From Octopus sinensis (Eukaryota), in contig NC_042999.1 of NCBI RefSeq assembly GCF_006345805.1, positions 156,736,001 through 156,800,000 of the forward strand: a stretch of 64,000 nucleotides of DNA, in the 5' to 3' direction. How positions within the stretch are numbered: the first letter of the stretch is position 1; each line of letters begins with the position of its first letter. Under the pieces are notes generated by a model. It was not told the DNA's origin. It searched no databases and saw nothing but the letters and a program-made list of their open reading frames with translations. Position numbers and translations under genes: made by a program. Below are positions 23,905-37,659 of the stretch, one piece after another.

Positions 23905-24200
23905 AGATCATCACCATCATTTAAAATCCATCTTCCATGTATGCATGGGTAGAACAGTTGACAGGAGCTGGCCAGGTAGAAGACTACATCTGTCTGTTTT
24001 GGCAGGGATTTTACACCCAGATGCCTTCCTGATACCAACCACTCTGCAGAGTGGACTGAGTGCTTTTTACATGGCACCAGTACAAGTGAGGTCAGCTTTG
24101 GCAAGATTTTTACAGCTGGATGTTCTTCCAAATGCCAACCACTTTACAGTGTGGACTGGATGCTTTTAATGTGACACCAGCACTGGCAGGGTAACCAAGT
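23905..24200 (-). mobile_element. Degenerate family B copy
   Basis: Diverged reverse-complemented 3' end with partial duplication. Confidence 0.6.
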
Positions 24201-24749
24201 AACTTGTGCAAGACAAGGAATCTTGAGAGTGGGGGGAACATTGGAGGAGGGGATCTTGTGTCAGATGATGAAATGTTAGTGTGCCACAGAGAAACATAAA
24301 AGCAGAAGCAAGTGTCTTGCTATAGAGGAGGTACATGATTACCTCGCTAGATAGAGAGAAAGAAAAGAGCGAGACAGAGAAAGTGAGGGAGAAGAGAGAG
24401 ACAGAGGAAGAAAAGAGAGAGAGAAAGAGGAAGAGAAGGGAGGGGGAAGGGAGAGAAAGGGGGAGAGAGAGAGAGGGATGAGAGAAAGGTACACGAAAGA
24501 GGACAGAAACAGGTGTGCTGATGCAAAAGAGATACTTGATTACCTAGCCAGAGGAAAAAGCGAGAAGAGAGTGAGTGATGCAGAATAATGGCAGAAACAG
24601 GTATGCTGCTGTTATATGTATATGTGTATGTAGTACAACTAAAATTCCTCAAGGTGATGCCTTGGAATGGTCATAATCTAATGACTGAAACAAGTAAAAG
24701 ATAACATTTGAATTTGAATGTTACAACATCTTATTTTTTAAAACTTTTT

Positions 24750-25985
24750 GTTAGGTCATCCCATAAATAATGAGGCTTTTTTAAACTTTTATTTTTCGAA
24801 ATTAAGATAAACAAAGTTCTCTTTTAAACTAAAATATACTCTTCTTCATTTTCTACAATGGAAGACTTGCAAGGTCCCTTTTCCAAAATTCACATGTCCA
24901 TGATGAAAATTACTTCTCCAGTACTGTTCTGACTTCATCTACAGAATTCATATTTTTCTGTCCAAATAATTTTGAAGACTGCACAATAAATGATAATCAG
25001 ATGGGGCATTGTTTCCCCTTCAAACTGCTCCAGCTTTTGGAATGGCACCCTCGTTGTATGTGGCCGAACATTATCCTGATGGAAGAACACCTTTCATCAT
25101 GAAACCAAAGGTGATTATTTTTCTTCTAGCGCTGATTTAAGCCACTGAAACTGCTCACAGTAGATCTCCTTTGTTATCATTTGGTTTGGGTTTAAAAGTT
25201 CAAAGTGGAGTAAACCTTTCATATCCCACCAAACAGATAACAACACCTTACATGGGTGAAGACCTTCTTTAGCCTGGGGTGTCCATGTTTCTCCTGTCCC
25301 TACCCATTGCCTTCAGCACTTGACAATTTTATAGAGAACCCATTTCTTGTCACCAGTCACTATTCAATCCAAAAAAAGGTTCATTCATGAGACGTGACAG
25401 CAAAGAAGAGCACACATTCAATCTCTGCACATACTTAGACTCAGAAAGTTTGTGAGGAACCCATTGACCCAATTTGCTGACTTTTCCAATGGCACACAGG
25501 TGTTGATGAATGGTTGAATGGCCAAATCCAAGCTTCTCTGCTAGTTCCTCAACAGTTACGATGTGATTTTGTTCCACCAGGGTTTGCAGAGCATCCTTGT
25601 CCAACTCTACAGATCTTCCAAGACAAGGTTCCTCTTGTAGGCTTTATTTTTGGCTCAGAATTTCTAGAACCACCATTGACACTGGCTTTGTCTGATCCCC
25701 ATATACTGCATTAATATTCCTCACCATTTCCATTGCATTGTTGTCTTTATTGAACTCATAAAGCAAAATATGATGAATATGCTCTTTTGTCACTTCCATT
25801 ACAGCTTTGAAAAAATAAGTGTTAGAATCGAAATGCACTCTTCAAAAGTTTGACAAAGAATAAGTCAAGGTAAAATTACTACCTGCCTTTATAGCAAGTT
25901 GATACAGGTAGTTTATCCTATCTCCTCTGACTTTTAGTTCATACAGTTGGGAAAAAAAACACACTATTTATGGGATGACCCAATA
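24750..25985 (-). mobile_element. Mariner transposon, degenerate and internally deleted
   Basis: TIR (T)TGGGTCATCCCATAAATA at both ends; MEVTKEHIHHILLYEFNK, WVPHKL, HQDNVRPH. Confidence 0.85.
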
Positions 25986-26276
25986 TTTTTTTTATTTGTT
26001 TTGCCCATTGAACTTTGGCTGTGCTGAGGCACTGCCTTAAAAAGTGTAGTCAAACAAATTAACCCCAACAGTTATTTCTTCAATTCCGTACTGATTCTAT
26101 TGTCAAACCACTAAGTAAAAAGGACATAAACAAACCAACACTGGTTGTCAAGTGATGATGAGGGAGTAGAAACACAAAAACACACATACACACACATATA
26201 TATACATACATACACATACACTCACATGCAAACACACAAATACACACACACACATACATATATATGTGTATATTTA

Positions 26277-26359
<83 letters not shown>

Positions 26360-26774
26360 AATATACTGTAAATGCTTGTGCAACTGCATGCACATATGTG
26401 TGATGCATGTATATATAAATGTATATGCATGCATATGCATGTATAAATACATATATGGATGCGCATAAGCATGCATGTGTATATATGCATGTGTATGTAT
26501 AGGAATATGTCTATATCAGGATATATTTGTGTGTATATGTATACATGTTTGCAATTATATATGCATGTGAGTGCATGTGTACGTATGCCATTATACCTTC
26601 TTTCCTCCTCTCCTATTCCTATATATCACTAACCTATCAAATACCTCAATTTATAGTAATTTCACATCCTTGTATTCTTCCCTCCACCTCAAATTTTACT
26701 ATCAAAATCACTATTCACTTTGGTATCACACCACCCATACCTTTTCTCTACCATTTCTCTACCTATCCCTTAAT

Positions 26775-27230
26775 CATCATCATCATCATCATCGTTTAGC
26801 GTCCGTTTTCCATGCTAGCATGGGTTGGACGGTTCTACTGGGGTCTGTGAAGCCAGAAGGCTTCATCAGGCCCAGTCAAATCTGGCAGTGTTTCTACGGC
26901 TGGATGCCCTTCCTAACGCCAACCACTCCGTGAGTGTAGTGGGTGCTTTTTACGTGCCACCCGCACAGGTGCCAGACAGAGCTGGCAAACGGCCATGAAC
27001 GGATGGTGCTTTTTACGTGCCACCGGCACGAGGCCAGTGGGGCGGCACTGGCAACGGTCGCGAAACAGAAGGTTCTCTTACATGCCACCGGCACTGGTAA
27101 CACATCTGCAATTTCCATTGATCGATTTCGATTCTGATCCTCACCTGCCTCAACAGGTCTTCACAAGTAGAGTTTGGACATGCCGCCGGCACTGGTAACA
27201 CATCTGCAATTTCCATTGATCGATTTTGAT
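26775..27230 (-). mobile_element. Family B retroposon
   Basis: Standard 3' end, near-identical to 63023-63202, plus modules. Confidence 0.85.
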
Positions 27231-28764
27231 TAATGCAGCTGTCATATCACCCCTACTCACATATCTCACGTTATTTTACTCCTTACCTTCTCATCTCTTC
27301 CTATCCCTCCCCCACACCCCTCCCACCTTCCCATCACATTATCTTGACCACCAACTAACACTCCTTTTCTCACTTCCTTCACTCTTTTTTCTTTTTCTTT
27401 TCTTCACTCTTTGTTTTTCTCTCTCCTTTTGGCTATTTTTCTTTTTTTCTCTCTTTCTTCCTCTCATTTTCTTTTCCTGTTTTAAATTTGACCTGTCTCC
27501 TCTTTCTAATCATACACATCTCTCCTCCTTTCATCTATCCACAATATTACCAATACATTCTCAAATTTTCATTCACACCACAAAATCCTTTCAAATGAGG
27601 ACCACTGATTACATGGCTCCATATTTTGAAATGACTAAACATGAACTACTATTGGAACTTATATACTACGTACAGGAAACTTTTTTACCCTTCTATACAG
27701 TATTTTCCTTGAATAATGAAACAGCAACTACAATATCCTTATATATCTTATTTCTACTTTCATTCTCTTATTTCCCTCGATATTCCCTGTCTACACCTTT
27801 TCCACCATAATTCGAACTCAAATATTTTCTCACACTGTCTCTAATGAAGGGATATCCATAATATCCCAGAAACAGCTGTAAGACTATTTCATTATAAATG
27901 CCCTGAAAACTCCTCACAACCTTGGATTTGTTATCTCATTCTGTCTAATATATATATATATAAATATACATACATATATATTGTATTAATAAAATATAGA
28001 AAACAGGTATGGTAATGCCTAGGATATATTTTTGCCTTAGAAGGAATTAGATGTCCACAGTCTAGGATACATTCTGCCCTAAAAAAAAAGTAGGTGGCCA
28101 CAGCTGGAATGCTTTTCAATAAATGTTTTCCCAATTAGAGCTAAATGTATTATTTTTGTGTTAAAAATTTAAAATAAATTCCAACATGTCCAGATCTGAA
28201 AAGTAAACTGCTACATCAAGTAATATTGAAGAAAAAATATTCAATCTCTGGGGTTTCATAGATTACTGTTATTATTTTGCTCTAGACGTCTGCAATAAAA
28301 CCCATAATTTTAAACTTTCCATGGCGATTTACATAATACCAAGTGATTTCAATAATGGAAAGGAAATTTGATAATATTCATGTTTATTTTGTTATTACCA
28401 TTACAGTGGTCATGTTGTGTGAAGGACCTAGTTTTTGTCCCAATTATAATGATTCTGATTACTCAAGTCCAGTAATGAAGTCCCACAGTAAAACATTTGT
28501 CTGTGTGGGATATTCTATCTTCAGAAGCTTTAATTAACTGAATATCCTAGTTCATCTCTGTTAAACTGGTAACGATGTTAAAAGCACTGATTGCACAATT
28601 ATCAAATTAAGTTACATGATATAACATGTAAACATATAAAACATGAAACATTACAATAATATGAATGTTGTAAGTCATCATTGACATAACAGATTTAACA
28701 CTTTCATGTTAATTCATAATTAGCAGGAAATTTTCATTATTATAGAATTCCCTAGTTTTCTCAA

Positions 28765-29195
28765 GTATGATCGTTACCAGCGTCGCCTTACTGACACTTA
28801 TGCCTGTGCTAGTAGGGTGCCAAGAACACCATCCGAGCGTGATCATTGTGATCATTGCCAGAGCAGCCAACTGGCTTCCGTACCCATGGCATGTAAAAGG
28901 GCACCATTCGAGCATGATCGTTACCAACGTCGCTTCACTGGCACCTGTGTCGGTGGCACGTGTAAAAAGATTCGAGCGAGGTCATTGCCAGTACTGCCTG
29001 ACTGGCCCCCATGCCGGTGGCACGTAAAAAGCACCTACTACACTCTCGGGGTGGTTGGCATTAGGAAGGGCATCCAGCTGTAGAAACTCTGCCAGATCAA
29101 GACTGGAGCCTGGTGCAGCCATGTGGTTGCCAGCCCTCAGTCAAAACCGTCCAACCCATGCTAGCATGGAAAACGGATGTTAAATGATGATGATG
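28765..29195 (+). mobile_element. Family B retroposon
   Basis: About four modules plus 3' end and (GAT)n. Confidence 0.85.
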
Positions 29196-29469
29196 AAATA
29201 AAAATATCTTACTAATCATAACTTCATTTATAAAATAACATACAGTTATAAAATGTAGAGTGAGGTACAATTATTGCATGAAATATAACTTACCAATCAT
29301 ATTCTTGCTGATCATCAATAATAACACGAATGACATAAAGGAGACAAGCCAAAAGACGTATGATCAAGTCAAATATGATAGCCACTCGACCTGAAAATAC
29401 AATCTAATATTAGGAAAAGGAAACATGAAAGAAAAATGTAGCATTTTACTATTTCTACTATTCTTGTAC

Positions 29470-30137
29470 TCTTTACTCCTTTACTTGTTTCAGACATTTG
29501 ACTGTGGTCATGCTGGAGCACCACCTTTAGTCGAACAAATCGATCTCTGGACTTATTCTTTCTAAGCCTAGTACTTATTCTATCGGTCTCTTTTGCCGAA
29601 CCAGGTCTGCTCAGGACTTAGTGCTTGCTTTTTCCATGGGTATGAGTAAGTATTTTATTTATGTCTTACGTATTTATCGCTGACGAGGGGAAAATTCTTA
29701 TGAATTAACCCCAAAATTGGAACCAATATGGTAATAACGGAATTTTTTAGAAATTTCTATCGGCATGTTTCAAGACGCATAAATTATATTGGTTTTCACA
29801 ATTTTGTCGGTTTTCAGCATATTTAGCATTAGAATTTTTCTTTTGTCCTTATTTTGTAAGTTATTTATAAATTTAACCTTTAAAGGTATTTTTTGATATG
29901 CTGGCCATTGATAAAATTTTTTTTTTTGAAAAAAATTTTATCCTACATTAGTTATATATATATATATATATGACAACGGGCTTCTTTCAGTTTCCGTCTA
30001 CCAAATCCATTAACAAGGCTTTGATCGGCCTGAGGCTATAGTAGAAGACACTTGCCCAAGGTGCCACGCAGTGAGACTGAACCCGGAACCATGTGGTTAG
30101 TAAGCAAGTTACTTACCACACAGCCACTCCTGTGCCT
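29470..30137 (-). mobile_element. SINE family A interrupted by a hammerhead-bearing segment (~29603-29950)
   Basis: 3' part 29470-29602 and 5' part 29955-30137; the middle is replaced by unrelated sequence. Confidence 0.75.
29668..29739 (+). ncRNA. Type-I hammerhead ribozyme, probably inactivated (G12A)
   Basis: CTGACGA-GGGG..AATTC TTAT GAATT..CCCC-AAAA-TTGG AA CCAAT-A; stem I TATTTATCG/TGGTAATA; CGAAA changed to CAAAA. Confidence 0.55.
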
Positions 30138-30452
30138 AGTAATTTTTTAATAAATAATTCCAATTTTCTTGGGAGGGAGGATAATGAAAATTAAACCAAT
30201 AATTCTATTTTGCAAAAATATTCATATTATCAAATTCATCTTAATAAAGTATACCCATTACGGGTATACAGAAAAATTATATTCTATCTTTTACTAGCTT
30301 CAATCACTAGAGTGCAGCCATGCTGGAGTATAGCCCTGAAAAATATTAGTCAAACAAATCAACCCCAATATTTATTTTACTTTTTAAACGCCTGATAATT
30401 ACTCTATCACTTCTCTTGCTGAACCACTAAGTTTATGCAAAGTCATGCATGT

Positions 30453-30741
30453 GATAACGTCACGTGACCAACCAGTCCATCAGATGTAGTTACACATCGC
30501 TGGTCACAATGCGTTCGCATTGTTTTAGCCTTCGAGTGACATCACCCCGCTGGCTAAGCGAGCAGGCCAACAGAGGAAAGAGTGCAAGAAAGAGTGGTGA
30601 AAGAGTACAGCAGGGAACACCACCCCCTGCCGGAGCCTCGTGGAGCTTTTAGGTTTTTTCGCTCAATAAACACTCACAACGCCCGGTCTGGTAATTGAAA
30701 CCGTGATCCTACGACCGTTGCCTTAACCACTGGGCCATTGC
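30453..30741 (-). mobile_element. SINE family C subtype 3
   Basis: Shared head; exact 16-bp TSD GCAAAGTCATGCATGT at 30437-30452 and 30742-30757. Confidence 0.85.
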
Positions 30742-30918
30742 GCAAAGTCATGCATGTATATATAAATATCTGCGTGTATGCTGTGACTCAAAATGCAATT
30801 TGAGAAAATTGATATTACCTAAGCAGTGTTAAGGTTTGTCATGCTGTAATATGATTCTGTACATTTTGTGTTCCTTTTCTAATTTTACCTTTAAGCTTAT
30901 AATCCTCTTTTTTTTAAG

Positions 30919-30959
<41 letters not shown>

Positions 30960-30961
<2 letters not shown>

Positions 30962-31365
30962 GGCGCAGGAGTGGCTGTGTGGTAAGTAGCTTGCTAACCA
31001 ACCACATGGTTCCGGGTTCAGTCCCACTGCATGGCATCTTGGGCAAGTGTCTTCTGCTATAGCCCCGGGCCAACCAAAGCCTTGTGAGTGGATTTGGTAG
31101 ACGGAAACTGAAAGAAGCCTGTCATATATATGTATATGTGTGTATGTGTGTGTGTTTGTGTGTCTGTGTTTGTACCCCTAGCATTGCTTGACAATCGATG
31201 CTGGTGTGTTTACGTCCCCGTCACTTAGCGGTTCGGCAAAAGAGACTGATAGAATAAGTACTGGGCTTACAAAGAATAAGTCCCGGGGTCAATTTGCTTG
31301 ACTAAAGGCGGTGCTCCAGCATGGCCGCAGTCAAATGACTGAAACAATTAAAAGAGTAAAAGAGT
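30960..31365 (+). mobile_element. SINE family A, full length
   Basis: Complete unit. Confidence 0.85.
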
Positions 31366-31569
31366 ATATATAAGTATATATAAAATATATATATACATAG
31401 TAGCTGCTTTCTCATATACAAGCAAAGAAATTGCAAGAAAGAATAACTGAAATGAGTCATTGATGATGCAATGTGAGGCCCTTGTATGACTCTTGAACCC
31501 AGCCAAAGATTTGGATATTCAATTTTATAATGCACAGTATGAAGTCTTTTCAATCCTCCAATTGAAAGG

Positions 31570-32300
31570 CATACATACACACACACATGCATACATACAT
31601 ACATACATAAATACATACATACATACATACTTACATGCATACATACATACATACATACATACATACATACATACATACATACATACATACATACATACAT
31701 ACATACATAAATACATACATACATACATGCATACATGCATACATACTTACATACATAAATACATGCATACATACATACATGCATACATATACACATATAT
31801 ACATACATACATACATACATACATACATACATTACACACACATACATACATGCATACATACATACATACATATATGCATACATACATACATACATACATA
31901 CATGCATGCATGCATGCATACATACATACATACATACATACATACTTACATACATACATGCATACATGCATACATACATACATACATACATACATAAATA
32001 CATACATACATACTTACATGCATACATACATACATACATACATACATACATAAATACATACATACATACATACATACATGCATACATGCATACATACTTA
32101 CATACATAAATACATACATGCATACATACATACATACATACATACATACATACATAAATACATACATGCATACATACATACATGCATACATGCATACATA
32201 CTTACATACATACATACATACATACATATATGCATACATACATACATACATACATACATACATGCATGCATGCATACATACATACATACATACGTACATA
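31570..32300. repeat. (CATA)n compound microsatellite
   Basis: Direct sequence. Confidence 0.95.
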
Positions 32301-32520
32301 CATCGAATCTTTCATGTGTTAACATGTACCTCCCTACAACAATGTAAGCTTTCATTTAGTCAAGATACCCTTGGCCTAACAAGTAGCCTATGGTATACAC
32401 CTTGCTTGGATATTTACCTCTTCCAAGGTTCTGCTTGCTATTTAACATATGTAGCCCTACGCCATTCCTTAACTCATGTATGCATATACATATGTATGTG
32501 TATGTGTGTGTATGTATATG

Positions 32521-32578
<58 letters not shown>

Positions 32579-32581
32579 TAT

Positions 32582-32690
32582 ATCTGAAGTCAATTCCAAC
32601 AGAATTAAGTTTATGTCAAGTAACTCTAAAATAAAAGATTCTATATACCAGTGTATAATCAGTACTCGTAATAAAGTACGATTTTACATT
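32582..32690 (+). mobile_element. Short copy of the PLE GIY-YIG segment
   Basis: Near-identical to ~23147-23258 (MSSNSKIK.SIYQCII.TRNKVRFYIG). Confidence 0.8.
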
Positions 32691-33270
32691 GGAGAACCAT
32701 CAAATGCAAGTGCACCGTCATTCATGCAGACATTTCTCTCCTATGACATCACAATTTTCTCTCACACACTGCCCTGCAATCTGAAATGCTTAAGTCTTAA
32801 GTCGTCACGTTGCTGAACATAAGCAAATGTCTTCTTTTCTGATTCTTCCCTGTCTAGATATACATGTCTCCTAGCTTCCTTTCATCATCATCATCATCAT
32901 CATTTAGCATCCGCTTTCCATGCTAGCATGGGTTGGACGGTTCAACTGGGGTCTGTGAAGCCAGAAGGCTGCATCAGGCCCAGTCTGATCTGGCAGTATT
33001 TCTACAGCTGGATGCCCTTCCTAACGCCAACCACTCCGTGAGTGTAGTGGGTGCTTTTTACATGCCACCCGCGCAGGAGCCAGACAGAGCTGGCAATAGT
33101 TCCCTGCTACCCCAAATCTTCCAGGTCTTTCAGGGCTGTTTCTTTGCTCTAATGAACTTGTCTACAGCATTGTTCCACCACCACGTCACCCTAGATCTGG
33201 ATGGAACTTTGCACCAGCTGCAGATTAGTGTCTGTGGCACTCAGCAAACTGTCCCACAGGAATTCCCAGT
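32690..33270 (-). mobile_element. RTE LINE fragment (APE-RT linker) interrupted by a family B copy (32880-33095, minus)
   Basis: SRVTWWWNNAVDKFIRAKKQP; ARRHVYLDREESEKK...CMNDGALA. Confidence 0.7.
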
Positions 33271-34358
33271 TGCCCTCTACGTTACAAGTCTATAGTTCCT
33301 TCTCTTTCTCATCAAATTTCTCAATTAGGATGTCCCTAAATTTATAACCATATGAGGGCTCCTTAAGTTTCTTCTATTGATATTAATGCGAAAAAATTTC
33401 TGATTTCTTGTAAAACAGCAGGATGTTTAGTTAGAGAGCTTTTGATCATATATTTTCTCAACCAAGACTGTCTTGGAGTTACATGTATTAGTTATCTTTG
33501 AGATGAAATTTTCTCATGCATCTTCATTTGTAAAATCCTGGATATACCAAACTGTCAAATGATTGTCTTGAAAAATTTCTGTTTCAGATTATATAATACA
33601 AAATACTCAAGACATTTTTATTTGATAAATAATTTTGACACATCTTCATTAAGTGCTTACGTTTTTTATACTTGAAATTCTATAAATCTATACATACTAT
33701 TTTGGACAAGTTGCAAATTTTCATTTCAGCAAGACGGTTTATTATAAACTAAGTGATAAAATGAGCAGAAGAACAAGAAATGTACAGAATCATATTACAG
33801 CATGACAAACCTTGACACTGCTATTGGTAATATCGATTTTCTCAAATTGTATTTTGAGTCTCATGCACAGACACAGATACCCATACGCACATTACATTAC
33901 ACATGACATTACACATGACATTACACAAAATTTTGAGAAATCAAGCACTGATGTTATAGGAAATGAAACTGTCAACAACAAAGATAATGTTTTATAAAAT
34001 AAAAGGACTGTATTGGAAAACATATTAATACTTAATCAGGTGTTATCTCTAAAAGATTTCCATCTGTGGCTAATCAATAAGATTGTTTTCTTATATAGCT
34101 ACAAAGCTAATTAAGAATTTGTTAGATTGAATATACTCAGATATACCTGTTTTGTCAATTTTAGAAGGATTTTGCCTCAAAATGTAAAAGGCTCAAATTA
34201 AGAATCTTAATCAATTCTACTGTTTCTGGTTACTGAGCCAATGAAAGAATTACTACATTGTCCCTAAACCATTATGGGAAAATCTACATTACCTGCTAAG
34301 CAGTAATGGGGCTTTTATAAGGCTTCCAAATCAATCCTTGCTAGTTTGGAGACCTTAA

Positions 34359-34578
34359 CCCTTTCGTTACCAACCTGGCTGAAACCGGCTCTGACTCTGA
34401 GTACAAATGTCTTGTTTTCATAAGTTTTGAATTAAAATCTTCCACCAAACCTTAGTTACAATTTATGTTCCTAACACTAGCTGAATGATAACTAAGTTAT
34501 TTTAATAAATACTTTGTTATATTTAAAGTCACTGAAAGAAACACAGAGCATCTCAAAATAAATACAGTAACAAAAGGG
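34359..34578. mobile_element. piggyBac-type MITE
   Basis: Same family as 8038; TTAA at 34355-34358 and 34579-34582. Confidence 0.85.
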
Positions 34579-35359
34579 TTAAAGAAGCTCTCCAAGTCAC
34601 TAAGTTAACAAATGAGCCTGTAGATGGTTCTCTCTTATAACAGAAATAATAGTCAAGTCTACATCAAATCACACCCTACTATCCCAAAGAATACTTACTG
34701 CTCTTCCTATCCCTAAAAAGATAGAAGGATTAAAACTGATTTCATTTAACCAGGAGCTTCATTTGTATAAAATTTTGCTTACTGTACTCATACTTAATTT
34801 CTAACTTTGGTGAACATAACATATTTGAAGGAAAAAAGGGTAGCCAATTGAATAATCTTGGTAAACTACTTGTACTGGTGGAAGTTTATAGTGCTAGGCT
34901 TTTTGTCCTGTTCTCCACCATTCTGTGATTCCATGATTTTACAGATTTGCTCATCCAGCAAAATTTAGCAAACAGATCACCCTCAAACTATATCATGCTA
35001 TCTCTCAACTACTTTTCTATTAATCCTATTAATGAAGTTGCTTTGTTGGCAAAAACAGCAGACTGCCACTTCATTTACATTACATGATCTAAATCTGCTT
35101 CACTTGTTCTAAGCTCAAAGCCAAGAGTGTCTTGTTTTTCATCCTTCAGAAAAATCAGTATCATAATCAAACAATCGTAAATTTAGCCTTTCAGTGTTGT
35201 AATTTAGTTTACCAGTTATGTTCTGTGTTCTAGTTGACATAATTCTGAACAGCATTCAAGGAACAGAGATTAATTTAAAGGGGATAAAAGCCAAAGTAGT
35301 TGAGGTTATATTTCCTGGACAATTAACAGTGTAGATATTGGAGATTAACAGGTAGTGCT

Positions 35360-35598
35360 GGCAGAAAGGTGGCGAGCTGGCAGAAACATTAGCATGCTGG
35401 GCGAAATGCGTAGCCGTATTTCGGCTGCCGTTATGTTCTGAGTTCAAATTCCGCCGAGGTTGACTTTGCCTTTCATCCTTTTGGGGTCGATAAATTAAGT
35501 ACCAGTTATGCACTGGGGTTGATGTAATCGACTTAATCCGTTTGTCTGTCCTTGTTTGTCCCCTCTGTGTTTAGCCCCTTGTGGGTAGTAAAGAAATA
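35360..35598 (+). mobile_element. SINE family D
   Basis: Near-identical to the 14676 copy; 10-bp TSD AGGTAGTGCT. Confidence 0.85.
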
Positions 35599-35969
35599 GG
35601 TAGTGCTAACAACATTATTAGGTGGACAAGGTTAGAGAACATTCTGAGCAGTTAAATTATCAAAAAGTAAAGTGATAGTGATGTTAACTTCATGAAGGCA
35701 GACTCTTGTTTCTAATTTTCTATATTGAAGGAGAAGCTCACGGGGTAAACTACAAAGAGTTAAGGACTATTTTTGTAAAGACAAGAATATAGTCAAGTGC
35801 AGATATACTATTTAAAGCAATCTAAGTAGATCGAATGGCAATGTCTGTTCAAGTGGAATTTAAGCCCAACATGGTGAGATATCAAGTGAGAGAGAATAAA
35901 CAACTATTTTGGTGTTAATTACTTGTCTTTACTGAATGACTTGATGACTCAGTAATGATTTGATTTCAT

Positions 35970-36760
35970 TCAAATACTTCAGTTACGACAACACTGTTGC
36001 CCTTAACATTATGAAATCCTTTAACTGTGTCTAACATGCGAACTTCCAAGTTTTGCTACCTGCTTGTGAACTCCACCCCATTATCTCTCTTTTCTTGGAC
36101 TGGAAGCTTCCTTTTAGATGGGACTATTGCAACATAAGCATGCAAGGTTCTCTCTAGTCAATGCTCTTTCTTTTGTACAATAACAACTTGTTTGATGTCT
36201 CTTCTAACAATGCAGAATGTAATGGTCCACATGCAACCCAGACATCACCTCCAAACCTAAACTGTTTCCATAAATAGAGGTCTAAAAAAATCTTCTTATG
36301 AGGACATAACAATGCAATCGCTTTTAACAGCACAAAGATACAATCATTTCTCATACGAAAGAAGCAGTACCTCATTTTCTTTAGTCTTTAACAACATGCA
36401 ACTGAAACCCTAAAGGTTGCTGCAAACTCTGGACCTCATAATTACTTATGATCTTTCCCATAAATCCCAATGTATAACATTACTAAAACTGCATCCATAA
36501 CACTAGACTGTGTTTTTAGGGACATAAAATGCTTCAACTCCAATTAATTACTGACTCTATACAAAACTGAAATAAGACCCATAATGCACCACTGCTTCCA
36601 TATCTGGAACAGTGCTGCTGCTACACAATCTAGATTGCATTCAAAAGAAGGCTGTCCCACTGAGTCACATCACTCTCTTATGTAACATGCTATAACCTTT
36701 GCCTCACAGACATACTATCTCCTCTCTGCCTTATCTAAACTAGATAGTTGCATATTACTG
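35970..36760 (+). mobile_element. CR1/L2-type LINE RT remnant
   Basis: LNIMKSFNCV*H (cf. LDISKAFDRVWH), QGSL..MLFLLY, LLTLYKT.IRPIM..HIW..LDCIQKKAV. Confidence 0.55.
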
Positions 36761-37119
36761 CCATCCAACACAACTGTCTCTCCTGGATTCCTTTCATTAC
36801 TCCTGCTGTATCTTATCCTTGGGATCTGCATTAAACACTTTGCTGAATCCTCCCTTCAACCTCCTAGAATTCTCACCCTATTCTTGCTTTTCTTGTAGTG
36901 TTAACTTACAGAGGTCCAAACTAAAGAATAATTCTATTGATCTCACCAATCTCAAAGGGTCTGTGAGGTACATGAGAAATCCACCTGTTTCTCTTGACTA
37001 ATCCATTAGAAAACATGCATAACAACACTGACAAGTGTAAATTCAGAGTCATAGAGTGGCTAGCAGTAAGCCCAACTTCTCTATAGCTGCATTGGTATTC
37101 CACTATAGAATGATATACT

Positions 37120-37516
37120 ACTAGCAGTATCGCCCGGCATTGCTCGGGTTTGTAAGGGAAATAACTATATAAGCATTTTTAGAGATGTAAAGTATAATAG
37201 CCATCTCAATATGGCTAACCACAAAGGGGGGGTGTTACTGTAGCTTTTTACATTCTGAGATTTAATAATACATTTTTAGAGAGTTACTACCCTTATATAT
37301 GCCAAAAATGCATTAAAAATGGGAAAAATTGATGGTAAATTTTTTTTAAATTGTAGACTCATCGTTGATGCGCGCTAATACCCAGAAGGGCTCGATATGG
37401 ATCACGACTATAAGATACCCGGTTTTGGTTAAACTGCACCGCAAAATGTGGGAGTAGTTAGGAATCTAAATCATAGGAGACAGACAGCACACAACCTCTC
37501 TTTTATATATAAAGAT
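37120..37516 (+). mobile_element. Non-autonomous Helitron-like element
   Basis: Starts ACTAGCAGTATCGCCCGGC, ends CTTTTATATATAAAGAT; no TSD seen; related copies at 37938 and 60313. Confidence 0.7.
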
Positions 37517-37582
37517 TATTCACAACAAATATGTTTAATGTTATCAAACTAGAAATAAAATAATTCACACAAGTATACTTAC

Positions 37583-37659
37583 GGGCTGTTGAATCCTTTA
37601 TAATCACCCTTTTCAAACGTCCTTTCAAAGAAGCATCTCTGTTGGATGTCTTGATTGAA
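37583..37659 (-). CDS. Internal coding exon (FNQDIQQRCFFERTFEKGDYKGFNSP)
   Basis: Acceptor TATTTATAATTTCAG, donor CCC|GTAAGT; 77 nt, phase 0 to 2, in frame with exon 6323-6255. Confidence 0.6.

Noticed and set aside
27226-27810. 194-aa hydrophobic ORF
   Set aside because: Derives from CT-rich low-complexity sequence.
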